From assembly GCA_050294405.1 (NCBI GenBank), contig JBNKOC010000009.1, forward strand, positions 1 to 64,000: 64,000 bases of DNA, read 5' to 3'. Below are positions 38,846-48,317 of this stretch, one piece after another (the first letter of the stretch is position 1; each line of letters starts with the position of its first letter). This stretch comes from Fibrobacteria bacterium (lineage in GTDB: Bacteria > Fibrobacterota > Fibrobacteria > UBA11236 > JADFYW01). The notes beneath the pieces were generated by a model. It saw only the letters and a list, made by a program, of their open reading frames with translations. It ran no database searches and was not told where the DNA came from. A program made the position numbers and the translations under genes.

Positions 38846-40205
38846 AGTGTACTCCCGTCCTTAAAGAAGGTAATGGCGCAACGTAAAAATCAAGGGAGTA
38901 AGAAACTTTTTGTCCAAATTGAAATCCAAAATTCCAAATGGGCATTAATGGGGGGAGTCCGTTTTTCCTCAAAAGTTCTGAATAAAAGTTTTCATAGCCT
39001 CGGTAACTAACATCAAAATAAGCAATGCCAACATTGGTTCTAAAACGCGTTAACTTCAAAGAACCAATAAAAATATGGTCTGCTTTTAAATTTGCAGATA
39101 AATAATTGGAAGTTGAAAAAATGGTGGAGTCAACCAAAATGGAATCCAGGGATGTTTTGGTTTCTAATTTTCCAAAAGTTTTTGTGTAACTGAACTGAAG
39201 CCTCTCATTTAATAACTTCAAATATATGCTATGGGATTGGGGAATTTTTATGCTTAGGTTATCTATTATTTTATAACTATTGGAAACGGTTTGGGCGTTT
39301 AGCAGCTTGGTCATGTTATCGGGAGTTAGAAAAGAATCGGCTTCGGTATATTTTGGTAAAAAGCTTGTTTCGTCGATAAAGAAAGGGATATTGTATTCGC
39401 TAAACAAATGGCCTTTAGCCTCAATTTCCAATCCCATTCTGGAAACAAACCCCAACGGTCCAATTTGAAATGCTATTTCAGGCGCCCAAGCGGAGCCCTC
39501 ATAACTTCCTTCCACATAACCGTTTATTTGGTTATTGTCATAGGGAATACTGCCGGAAAAAATGACATCACCAGCTACTTGATCGATTCTTCCTGATAAA
39601 TTGGCCGACATATTCCCATTGGTTGAGGCGTTAAATTGATGTTTGTGGATTTGCAGTCCAATTTTTAAATAAGATGATGGTTGATGTACAAATCCAAAAC
39701 TATAGCTTCGCCAATACATATCAAAAACAACTGGCATATTTACGCCACCTTTTATAATCACCCGTCCTTCATCCCTTGCTTTAACTGTGTCTATATTAAT
39801 ATCCGCATTCCCCAAGACCCCATTTATATTTAAACTGGCGTTTTCCCTAGCTGCAAAAAATATGGCTCCTCCCCATAGGGGGGCGGAAACATCAATGCTG
39901 GTATTAAAATTTTGCTGAGCCGATGCTGTAAAATTGGGCAAAGCTATGTTATCTTCACCGGCTTTTTCAATTAAACCATGTATGGGACGGGAAATGTTTA
40001 AGGGAAAATTTATTTTTAATTTTGCCAACCCGTTTATGGTCGGGTAATCCAAGGGGCTTCTGATGAAATCGTAAGAAAACCCTCCCCTAACTTCTGCACT
40101 GCCTTCTGCTACAATTAAAATGGGCTGCCCATAAAGGGTCCATTGGCTAAAAAGGACCCATAGGCAGAGTACTAAAAATCTCCAAATAGATTTTAAGTTT
40201 TCCAA
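38835..40205 (-). CDS. Probable outer membrane beta-barrel protein
   Basis: Signal peptide, amphipathic strands, terminal GVHYVF; start uncertain (TTG). Confidence 0.6.
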   Translation of the reverse strand: MENLKSIWRFLVLCLWVLFSQWTLYGQPILIVAEGSAEVRGGFSYDFIRSPLDYPTINGLAKLKINFPLNISRPIHGLIEKAGEDNIALPNFTASAQQNFNTSIDVSAPLWGGAIFFAARENASLNINGVLGNADINIDTVKARDEGRVIIKGGVNMPVVFDMYWRSYSFGFVHQPSSYLKIGLQIHKHQFNASTNGNMSANLSGRIDQVAGDVIFSGSIPYDNNQINGYVEGSYEGSAWAPEIAFQIGPLGFVSRMGLEIEAKGHLFSEYNIPFFIDETSFLPKYTEADSFLTPDNMTKLLNAQTVSNSYKIIDNLSIKIPQSHSIYLKLLNERLQFSYTKTFGKLETKTSLDSILVDSTIFSTSNYLSANLKADHIFIGSLKLTRFRTNVGIAYFDVSYRGYENFYSELLRKNGLPPLMPIWNFGFQFGQKVSYSLDFYVAPLPSLRTGVHYVF

Positions 40206-40425
40206 ACTTTTCCTTTTTGCCCAAATTTGGGCCTTTTGCTCATTATATTACTTTTAAGGAGCCACTTCTTTAATATTTAGCCCTCTCCAATTGCTTTTTT
40301 TTAAGCGGATTTTCCTGGAAGAATAAAAGGGAAAATAATTCCTGCGCTATTTCCCCTTTTTTCCCATCTATAAATATTCCTTCAAGAATTCCTTTAAATT
40401 TGGCTTAAATTGAAGGTCTTATTAA

Positions 40426-40441
40426 TGGCATGGCCTTTGCA
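40426..40441 (+). promoter_or_regulatory. Sigma54 (-24/-12) promoter of the flgJ operon
   Basis: TGGCAT-GGCCT-TTGCA, 43 bp upstream of the flgJ ATG. Confidence 0.75.
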
Positions 40442-40484
40442 TAAATGCCTTTTGAATAACTGCGTTTAAAGCAGAACAGGTATT

Positions 40485-41345
40485 ATGGAAGACTATTCTT
40501 TAAAATCAAGCCAGCAATTGTCTCAATCCCAGGCTAGTAGGGATAACATGATGTTGCAAAGGTTTCAGAATATGGTGAAATCAGCCGGAAAAGAAGATCC
40601 AAAGCTTTGGGAAGCGGCTAAAGGCTTTGAATCCATGTTTATGAACCAAATGATGAAGTCCATGAGAAAAAGTATTCATGAGTCTGAGGTGACCAAAGCT
40701 TCAACGGGTAGGAAGATTTTTACTGAAATGCTTGATTCAGAATACAGCAAAATGACAGCCTCGAAATCTCCCAATAGTATCGCCGGACTGATATATCGGC
40801 AGTTGCTTATGACCAGAACTCAAGATTTAATGAACCCGGAATCTGCTGATTCCAAACCCTTAAATATTCCGTTTAGCAGTAGGGAAAATTTATCGCTGGA
40901 TGGAAATACAAGTTCTTCCTTGGGAAACTGGAAATTATCAGAAGAGCAATTGGCTCCTATTATTAACAAGGCAGCTAAGAAATATGATATACCGGCGAAT
41001 CTTATAAAAAGCGTTATAAAAAAAGAAAGTGACAACCATCCGCATGCTGTTTCTAAGGTTGGAGCAAAAGGCTTAATGCAGCTTATGGACTCTACTGCAA
41101 AAGATTTAGGAGTTAATGATGTATTTAACCCTGAGGAAAATGTTTTGGCGGGGAGCCGTTATTTGAAGAACTTATTGAATAAATATAATGGGGATGAGAC
41201 CCTGGCATTAGCAGCTTATAATGCAGGTCCTGGTCGGGTGGATGAATATCAGGGTGTTCCACCATTTAAAGAAACTCAAAACTATGTAAAAAATGTTTTG
41301 CATCACAAGGGCTTCCTGGATGAGGCCGAAAATAAAATGGAATAA
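40485..41345 (+). CDS. flgJ: FlgJ-like: rod-binding domain + SLT lytic transglycosylase
   Basis: AAKGFESMFMNQMMKSMR...EMLDSEY; ES...GAKGLMQLM...AYNAGPG...ETQNYV. Confidence 0.8.
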   Translation: MEDYSLKSSQQLSQSQASRDNMMLQRFQNMVKSAGKEDPKLWEAAKGFESMFMNQMMKSMRKSIHESEVTKASTGRKIFTEMLDSEYSKMTASKSPNSIAGLIYRQLLMTRTQDLMNPESADSKPLNIPFSSRENLSLDGNTSSSLGNWKLSEEQLAPIINKAAKKYDIPANLIKSVIKKESDNHPHAVSKVGAKGLMQLMDSTAKDLGVNDVFNPEENVLAGSRYLKNLLNKYNGDETLALAAYNAGPGRVDEYQGVPPFKETQNYVKNVLHHKGFLDEAENKME

Positions 41346-41359
41346 AAAGGAGTTTGATT

Positions 41360-41923
41360 ATGAAAGCCATTACCAAAAATATTAGGACTGCAAATGAAGC
41401 TGATGTAAATGCTTTGGCGGAAAATTTAGCCCGTCAAATTGATGTTTTTAAGGATGCAATAGATTTAGGTCTAAAACAACGTCAGGTCTTGGTAAATCAC
41501 CAATATGAAGAGAACATTAAGGTAAATCAAGCGCAGGAAGAAATTGCTCAAAAATTAGAGAACCTTGAAAAAAACAGGCTTCTTATTTGCGAAAAAATTT
41601 GGAATTCCATTTCATTCACACCAAAAAGTACGGCGGCTAAAATTCAATGCAAAGACTTGTACCCCTATATTTCAAAAGTCCATCAGGACTTGATTGAAGG
41701 GCACAGGCAAGATCTGCTTATTAAAGTCAAACACCTGACATCTTTGAATAACATTAATTCTGTACTAATCAACAGTGCGTTGAATTTGAACCAATCCAAA
41801 TTGGAAATTATGGTTTCACTGGTAGAAAAAAAACAGCGCAACCAAACTAAATTATATGGGGCCAAAGGGAATTCCGAACAGCTGAAAAATTCAGAATTTC
41901 ACTTTTTAAACAAAAGAGTGTAA
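41360..41923 (+). CDS. flgN: Flagellar export chaperone FlgN
   Basis: Helical protein with LEKNR and LNNINSVLI, between flgJ and flgK; AAGGAG RBS favours the ATG at 41360. Confidence 0.7.
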   Translation: MKAITKNIRTANEADVNALAENLARQIDVFKDAIDLGLKQRQVLVNHQYEENIKVNQAQEEIAQKLENLEKNRLLICEKIWNSISFTPKSTAAKIQCKDLYPYISKVHQDLIEGHRQDLLIKVKHLTSLNNINSVLINSALNLNQSKLEIMVSLVEKKQRNQTKLYGAKGNSEQLKNSEFHFLNKRV

Positions 41924-41926
41924 GTA

Positions 41927-43603
41927 ATGTCCATTCTAGGCTCCATTAACATAGGCACCAGAGGTTTAGCTGCCTCTCAGCTTGCATTGAATGTGTTGGG
42001 ACAAAACGTTTCCAATGCAAACACGGAAGGCTATTCCCGCAAGCGCCTTGAATTAACATCTGCCATTCGAGCGGATGCGCAATTCGGCGAAATGGGATTT
42101 GGTGTGGAAATTGAAAATGTGAACAGGATTAATGATGAATTCCTGGAATCTCAGATTCGCTTGCAAGTGACTGAACAGGGTTATTACGAGTCTCTGGATG
42201 CTACCCTGGAGCGAATTGAAAATATTTTGACGGAGCCATCCGATTCAGGCCTAAACTTGATATTGGATAATTTTTGGAATTCCTGGCAGGATTTAGCCAA
42301 CAATCCGGAAGATCCGGCTTCTCGTGATGTGGTTCGTTCCTCAGGATTGGTAGTTCAGGATAAGTTGCATACCTTGGCCTATCAGTTAGAAGATCTGCGA
42401 TCTTCCCAGGATGCGGATCTGGCTTCTAAAGTGGAAGAAGTAAATGGAATAATAAAGGAAATTTATAGCCTGAATGAGGAAGTCTCCGTTGCGGAAATAA
42501 AAGACGGAGAAGCTAACGATAGCCGAGACAGAAGGGAACTCTTAATGCAACGGCTATCTGAGTTAATTGATATTGATGCTGTTGAAGATGGTTTAGGGCG
42601 TTTAACCATAACTACTGCGGGTAATGTTATTGTGGGTCCTTCCACCTATGTTTCCATCGAATTAGAAAGGGTATCAGGCACTGATAGATTTGGAAATACC
42701 ATTGCCGAAGTAGGACTTAGATTTGGAAATACCAAAAGACCATATGTTCCCAGAGGAGGAGAGTTAAAAGGTTTATTGGATTCGAGAGATGAAATAATTC
42801 CTAAATATCAAAATTATTTGGATCAAATAGCTCAAACACTAGTAACTCAAGTAAATAATATCCATCGAACAGGGTATAACATAGCTGAAAATACAGGCGT
42901 TAATTTTTGGGATTCCACCAGAACCCGTGCTGATAATATTTCCTTAAGTGCAGCTATCCAAGCAGATTCTTTGAATATTGCAGCTGCAGCCGGTGGATTG
43001 GAGCAAACTGTTCCCCCATTTGGAGCAACCATCCCACCTGTAGGGACTGTGCTGGATTTAACAGCTGTGAGTCCTGCTTACCAGAATATTATTGAAGGAA
43101 GTGTGCAGATTCAATGGGCTGGTCCGCCACCCCGTACTTTGAGAGAAGGGGCTGGGGCTGATTATGTGGTGGATTATAGAAATGGCACTGTTACTTTTTT
43201 AAACTATGCGGCTTTTCCGGACCCCAACCCCATAAACATTGGGTTTAGTTATAACCAAGCGGGCTTTCCGGGGCCTGGAGATGGCAGTAACGCCCTGAGT
43301 ATCGCCCAAATTCGCGATCAGCTTACCATGGGTAACGATGGATTGGGAAACCCAACTGAAACCGTTGGAGAATATTATGCGTCATTGATGGGTGAGTTGG
43401 GGATAGAAAGAAACCAGGCAGAGTCTACTCTGGAAACAAGAAGGTTTCTGGTGGACCAATTCAAAGCGAGAAAGCAGGAAATTTCAGGTGTATCATTGGA
43501 CGAAGAGCTTGCAGATATGATTCGGTACGAACATACTTATCAGGCTTCGGCTCGTTATATAACAACCATAAATTCATTGTTAGATACCCTGCTGAGTATG
43601 TAA
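41927..43603 (+). CDS. flgK: Flagellar hook-associated protein FlgK
   Basis: NVSNANTEGYSR, FWNSWQDLANNP, GGELKGLL, SGVSLDEE...YQASAR. Confidence 0.95.
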   Translation: MSILGSINIGTRGLAASQLALNVLGQNVSNANTEGYSRKRLELTSAIRADAQFGEMGFGVEIENVNRINDEFLESQIRLQVTEQGYYESLDATLERIENILTEPSDSGLNLILDNFWNSWQDLANNPEDPASRDVVRSSGLVVQDKLHTLAYQLEDLRSSQDADLASKVEEVNGIIKEIYSLNEEVSVAEIKDGEANDSRDRRELLMQRLSELIDIDAVEDGLGRLTITTAGNVIVGPSTYVSIELERVSGTDRFGNTIAEVGLRFGNTKRPYVPRGGELKGLLDSRDEIIPKYQNYLDQIAQTLVTQVNNIHRTGYNIAENTGVNFWDSTRTRADNISLSAAIQADSLNIAAAAGGLEQTVPPFGATIPPVGTVLDLTAVSPAYQNIIEGSVQIQWAGPPPRTLREGAGADYVVDYRNGTVTFLNYAAFPDPNPINIGFSYNQAGFPGPGDGSNALSIAQIRDQLTMGNDGLGNPTETVGEYYASLMGELGIERNQAESTLETRRFLVDQFKARKQEISGVSLDEELADMIRYEHTYQASARYITTINSLLDTLLSM

Positions 43604-43615
43604 TAGAGGTGTATT

Positions 43616-44836
43616 ATGCCAAATAGAGTTACCTTTACCCAAATTAATGACCTGGTTCAGGGCAATATTGCAACCAATTACCAAAGGTTAAGCCGGTTCC
43701 AGGAACAGCTTTCATCGGGAAAAAGATTGCAACGCCCTTCTGATGGCCCTGTTGATATTACTAATGATTTGCAATTTCGATCTGATTTGAAAAAATTAGA
43801 GCAATTCAAAAGAAATATTGATGATGGTGTTTCTTATTTGTCAGTTGTGGAAACGACTATGAGCTCTACGAATGATTTGTTCCAAAGAGCCAGAGAGCTT
43901 GCTATACAAGCCTCCAATGATACAAATACAGACCTGGAAAGAGGGTTTATTTTAAATGAAGTTAGAGTTGTTTTAGATAGCTTGGTTTCTATTTCCAACC
44001 AAACATTTAAAGGAAACTTTATTTTTTCTGGAACAAATACAAAAACACCGCCTTATTCCCTTAGGAGCGGCGCGGACAATATTGATGATGTTTTTCCTCT
44101 GGATCCCAATAATGTGTCAGATACATCTTTAGATACGGCTGCTTTGGCAGGCGGTGCTCCTCAAACTATTCAGCTTTGGGATAGGACTTATACCCAAAAC
44201 ACTTCTATTGCAAATAATTTAAATGGAAATGCCCCAGTACAAAATATTATTCCAGGAACAATGCGTATTTCTGGGCTTACTGAGGGTACAGATTATTCTG
44301 TGGATTATGTGAATGGGACTATTACCTTTTTACCTCCCGGAGCGGCAGCTATTGCAGCAGCTGGCGCAGGTGGGATAGACATGGATTATGAATGGATAAT
44401 GCGATCCGAAGAAGATTTAAGCGGAAAAATATTTCGCGAAGTGGAAACAGGAATTGTGGGGCAAATTAATTCCACAGCGGATGAAATTTTTGGGTCCTCA
44501 ACAGAAACCACTTCCTGGGATGCAATTATTGAATTGATGCAAGGGTTACATGCAAACAGTTCCACAAACATTAGAAGCGGCATTGATCAAATTAATGTTG
44601 CTTTTGAAAGATCTCTTCAGGCCCAGGCAACAGCAGGGGCCAGAGCGAATCGTTTCGATTTGACCTCTGATATTAACGATAGCAGTTTCATAGAAGTAAC
44701 CAGGCTGCATTCTAATTTAGAAGATGTGGATTTTGCGAAAGTAATATCTGATTTTTTACTTCAAGAATCAGTTTATACAGCTTCTTTACAAAGTGGGGCC
44801 AGGGTTATTCAGCCCACACTGGCAAACTTTTTATAA
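43616..44836 (+). CDS. flgL: Flagellar hook-associated protein FlgL
   Basis: QLSSGKR...PSD, ELAIQASN, FIFSG, LEDVD, QPTLANFL. Confidence 0.93.
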   Translation: MPNRVTFTQINDLVQGNIATNYQRLSRFQEQLSSGKRLQRPSDGPVDITNDLQFRSDLKKLEQFKRNIDDGVSYLSVVETTMSSTNDLFQRARELAIQASNDTNTDLERGFILNEVRVVLDSLVSISNQTFKGNFIFSGTNTKTPPYSLRSGADNIDDVFPLDPNNVSDTSLDTAALAGGAPQTIQLWDRTYTQNTSIANNLNGNAPVQNIIPGTMRISGLTEGTDYSVDYVNGTITFLPPGAAAIAAAGAGGIDMDYEWIMRSEEDLSGKIFREVETGIVGQINSTADEIFGSSTETTSWDAIIELMQGLHANSSTNIRSGIDQINVAFERSLQAQATAGARANRFDLTSDINDSSFIEVTRLHSNLEDVDFAKVISDFLLQESVYTASLQSGARVIQPTLANFL

Positions 44837-44857
44837 TATATAGTCTACATATTCTTT

Positions 44858-44892
44858 AAAAAGGCTTCTGATTTTTGTCAGAAGCCTTTTTT
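44858..44892 (+). terminator. Intrinsic terminator after flgL (bidirectional shape)
   Basis: AAAAAGGCTTCTGA-loop-TCAGAAGCCTTTTTT. Confidence 0.88.
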
Positions 44893-45011
44893 GCTATGTA
44901 AATGAGTATGTCCATGTGCAGGAATTTCCTAGGCAGAGGGAATTAATTGCCAGTATAAATAAAATCTTAAAGTAACACTTCTAAATTTATTTAAAATGGG
45001 CGAATAAAAAT

Positions 45012-45027
45012 TGGCATTCCATTTGCT
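45012..45027 (+). promoter_or_regulatory. Sigma54 (-24/-12) promoter of flagellin
   Basis: TGGCAT-TCCAT-TTGCT with exact -24/-12 spacing. Confidence 0.75.
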
Positions 45028-45048
45028 TTTTAAGCTGATGTAAATATT

Positions 45049-45096
45049 AACAAGGATGTTTATCCAAATAAGTCAATCAATGGACAGGAGGATGTC
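45049..45096 (+). promoter_or_regulatory. Two CsrA-binding hairpins in the flagellin leader
   Basis: AACA-AGGA-TGTT (45049-45060) and GACA-GGAGGA-TGTC (45083-45096, SD in the loop); fliW-csrA lie downstream. Confidence 0.8.
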
Positions 45097-45098
45097 AA

Positions 45099-45986
45099 AT
45101 GACACGGATTAATCATAATATTTCAGCGATGATAACTGGCTCCACACTCAGGAGCACAAATAAAAATTTGGCAAGTTCGCTGGAAAAACTTTCTACAGGT
45201 TTGAGAATAAACAGGGCCTCTGACGACGCCGCTGGCCTTTCTATTTCCGAGCAATTGAGAACTCAAGTCAGAGGCTCTCATGTTGCTGTCAGAAACGCCA
45301 ATGATGGTTTATCATTATTGAGAATTGCGGAAGGTGCCGCCAATGAAATTTCTGCTATGTTGCAAAGAATGCGCGAGTTGGCGATTCAATCCTCCAACGA
45401 TACTCTAACTACTGTTGAAAGAGGGTATACGAATCAGGAATTCCAAAAGCTAATGGAGGAAATTCAAAGGATTTCAGTGAGCACCCAATACAATGGGATG
45501 ACTTTGCTGGATGGACAGCCTTCAAGCTTTGGCAGTGCCGGCGGTGCCCAATCTGTTTTGCATATTGGTGCCAACAACAATAACGGAAATCTGGCTGGTA
45601 CAATTGATTTAATGCGTATTCAAATGTCGGCCATGACCCTGGGTGCTTTGGGAATGACACTGGTAGCTTCCGGTCTCCCAAATGCCACTGCAGTCACAGG
45701 TCAGGCTGCTGCATTTGCTGCTATTACATCCATTGATAATGCAATCCAGAGTGTAAACTCAATGCGTTCGGATTTGGGTTCTTATATGAACAGACTGGAT
45801 CACGCTATTGCGAATCTTGAAGTTCAGGAATCCAATATGCAAGGTGCTGAATCCACTATTAGGGATGCAGATTTTGCAATGGAAACCACTATCTTTACCA
45901 AAAACCAAATTTTGATGCAGGCGGGCACAGCTATGTTGGGTCAGGCTAATCAAATTCCTCAATCCGTTCTATCACTTCTTCAATAG
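45099..45986 (+). CDS. fliC: Flagellin
   Basis: RINHN, EKLSTGLRINRASDDAAGL, LQRMRELAIQS, IRDAD, QSVLSLLQ. Confidence 0.97.
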   Translation: MTRINHNISAMITGSTLRSTNKNLASSLEKLSTGLRINRASDDAAGLSISEQLRTQVRGSHVAVRNANDGLSLLRIAEGAANEISAMLQRMRELAIQSSNDTLTTVERGYTNQEFQKLMEEIQRISVSTQYNGMTLLDGQPSSFGSAGGAQSVLHIGANNNNGNLAGTIDLMRIQMSAMTLGALGMTLVASGLPNATAVTGQAAAFAAITSIDNAIQSVNSMRSDLGSYMNRLDHAIANLEVQESNMQGAESTIRDADFAMETTIFTKNQILMQAGTAMLGQANQIPQSVLSLLQ

Positions 45987-46027
45987 CCTATTGACTTGGC
46001 ACTTAATTAATAGGATATTTTTAGCTA

Positions 46028-46459
46028 ATGAACGAAAGGAATGTTTTGGAAAAAAATCAGGGAATTCCCGAATGGACCGAAGATGATATTATCACTTTTC
46101 CAGCGGGTATCCCCGGATTTGAAGATTCCCATAGATTTATTCTGATATCTGTAGAGGAATACGCCCCTTTTCATTGGTTGCAGTGTGTTGAGGGCAACAA
46201 AATCAGGCTAGCTGTAATAAACCCGTTGGTTTTTAAGCCTGATTATGCTCCCAAAATTAGCAAAGCCGAATTGGATACTTTGAATATTCAGAATGCATCT
46301 GATTTATTAACCTATGTTATTGTTACCCTCAGAAATCCTTTGACGGAATCCACAGCCAATTTAATGGGCCCTGTTTTTATCAACCTCAAGGAAAAAGTTG
46401 GGAAACAAATAATAATTGAAGATGATGCCTACTCATTAAGGGAGAAACTAATACAATAA
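46028..46459 (+). CDS. fliW: Flagellar assembly factor FliW
   Basis: ITFPAGIPGFE, FHWLQ, NP, TANLMGPVFIN, GKQII. Confidence 0.93.
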   Translation: MNERNVLEKNQGIPEWTEDDIITFPAGIPGFEDSHRFILISVEEYAPFHWLQCVEGNKIRLAVINPLVFKPDYAPKISKAELDTLNIQNASDLLTYVIVTLRNPLTESTANLMGPVFINLKEKVGKQIIIEDDAYSLREKLIQ

Positions 46460-46460
46460 T

Positions 46461-46694
46461 ATGTTAGTTTTAACGCGAAAAATTGGGGAATCCATTCGGA
46501 TTAATAACAATATTTCCATCACCATTATGGAAGTAGATGGAAGAAGTGTGAAAATCGCAATCGATGCTCCCAGAAGCATCCCCATTCATAGGGAAGAAAT
46601 TTTTCAAAGGATTCAGGATGAAAATAAATCTGCCGCCCAGCAATCTCTTCAGGGGGATTTAAGCAAGGTTGCTGATTTGTTTAAGAAGAAATAG
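46461..46694 (+). CDS. csrA: Carbon storage regulator CsrA
   Basis: MLVLTRKIGESI...IDAPRSIPIHREEI. Confidence 0.97.
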   Translation: MLVLTRKIGESIRINNNISITIMEVDGRSVKIAIDAPRSIPIHREEIFQRIQDENKSAAQQSLQGDLSKVADLFKKK

Positions 46695-46701
46695 TTCTGG
46701 G

Positions 46702-47448
46702 TTACAATTTTTTAATTTTTCCCTCTTCAACCAGCCATTTGATATCTCCGGTTATTACTTCCAGGGAGATGCCGTAAAAAAGAGATATATATACATGGTA
46801 TTCAGTTGGGAATTCGGTAAGGTATTGGTATAGCGTGTGCCTGGATTCTTTCCTTTTTAAATATATACATTCAATTGACAGTCTTTGGATTAAATCTGGA
46901 TAAAGCCCTGCCCCCAATAGGCTGATTCTATACGCGCCTTCCGCCAAAATGATTTCAGAATCCATTGAGGCAGGTAATAAATAAACATCCCACTCCTCCC
47001 CCTCTTGCTCCGGCGGGAAAACCACAGAATTGTAATGGTTTGAGCAAAGTGCGCTATCTTTAATGGAGTTTAATGCGCTTTTTTGAGCTAAGTATATTTG
47101 GGTTTCAATATCGCTAAGCACTTTCCCTTTTTCTAATATGGGGCCTTTGAAGTCTCCATTGGTCAGATCAAACTGGTATTGGGCGATAATAGAATAATTT
47201 TCCTCAGTCTTTTCTATCCATTTAACATAACATATGCCATTTGAAATAAAACAAATATATCCCGAGTGGTTTGTATCCAGTATTTTGTTGTAAGATTTGT
47301 GTTTAAGGATTAACTCCTGAGCCAGGGCACTGTAATAGTCGCGAACATATAATTGATAGCCCAGATTTTCCAGGTTTTCAATTTCCCTTTGGGAATCTCC
47401 AAAGCTAAAATTAAAGGCTGCAAAGACTAATAAAAAAAACTTTAGCAT
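46702..47448 (-). CDS. Hypothetical exported protein
   Basis: Signal peptide; YNSVV, VYLLP, PTEYHVY motifs; family not named. Confidence 0.65.
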   Translation of the reverse strand: MLKFFLLVFAAFNFSFGDSQREIENLENLGYQLYVRDYYSALAQELILKHKSYNKILDTNHSGYICFISNGICYVKWIEKTEENYSIIAQYQFDLTNGDFKGPILEKGKVLSDIETQIYLAQKSALNSIKDSALCSNHYNSVVFPPEQEGEEWDVYLLPASMDSEIILAEGAYRISLLGAGLYPDLIQRLSIECIYLKRKESRHTLYQYLTEFPTEYHVYISLFYGISLEVITGDIKWLVEEGKIKKL

Positions 47449-47492
47449 ATCCCCTGCTAAATAGAAAATTCAAGGATAATATATAATTCTAT

Positions 47493-48245
47493 TTAGTCGG
47501 AGGATTGGTTTCTAAATGTTTTAAAATCGATACCTTTAATTTCCTTGAAGGAATTTAAAAAGTCATTTTGGTTTTCGAAGCCAACAAGTCGAGCAATATC
47601 CTCTTCATCTAAATCGGGGTCGTTGGCATATTGAAGGCTTTGGGTAATCCTAGTCTTTGTTACATAGGTTTCAGGATTTATTTGAAACAATTTGGTGAAT
47701 CGCTGCCGGAAGTGTTCCAGGCTTTCCTCCATTTGTTCAGCCAGTTTTTTGAAATCAATTGTCTTTGTATAGTTTTCTTTAATAAAGTCAATAATAGGTA
47801 TCATTTTCATGACAGGATTAACGTTGTCATGAGTCAATTTTAAATCTTTGCAAATCCCTACAATTCCAACGACTTTATTTTCCTGGTTGTAAAGTGGAAA
47901 TTTGCTGGTATGGAAAAATTGGGTAGAGTTTAATGTGTTGGATATGGGCTCAATTTTTTGGTTTAATGGCCTTAGTGTACGAATAACTTTTTGATCGTCT
48001 TTAACGTAATTTTCAGCCATATGATCCGGCCAAATATCAAAATCAGTTTTGCCTAATAAGTCATCCAATTTATTGATTTGGCACATTTTTAAAAAAAGAG
48101 TGTTAGCTAAGATAAATTGTCCCGAAATATTTTTAGACCAAAAGGCTAAATCTTCAATGAGCTCGCTCATCTGCAAAATATTATTTTCCCATGAAATGGA
48201 ATCTAATAGCTGTTTACGGGTTTCTTTAAAATCTGAATTTGCCAT
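47493..48245 (-). CDS. PAS-domain AraC-family transcriptional regulator
   Basis: PAS4 (LGKTDFDIWP...DDQKV...KFPL...VVGIVG) plus AraC HTH (IARLVGFENQ..F...FK); start assigned at ATG 48245. Confidence 0.85.
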   Translation of the reverse strand: MANSDFKETRKQLLDSISWENNILQMSELIEDLAFWSKNISGQFILANTLFLKMCQINKLDDLLGKTDFDIWPDHMAENYVKDDQKVIRTLRPLNQKIEPISNTLNSTQFFHTSKFPLYNQENKVVGIVGICKDLKLTHDNVNPVMKMIPIIDFIKENYTKTIDFKKLAEQMEESLEHFRQRFTKLFQINPETYVTKTRITQSLQYANDPDLDEEDIARLVGFENQNDFLNSFKEIKGIDFKTFRNQSSD

Positions 48246-48317
48246 TGCGCAAAAAAAAATGAAAATCAATTTAAAGTTTCCCATTTTCACAGCGACCAGG
48301 CTATTAAAAAATGAATT

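Noticed and set aside
45997..46012. Sigma54 promoter before fliW (TGGCAC)
   Set aside because: No TTGC at the required -12 position.
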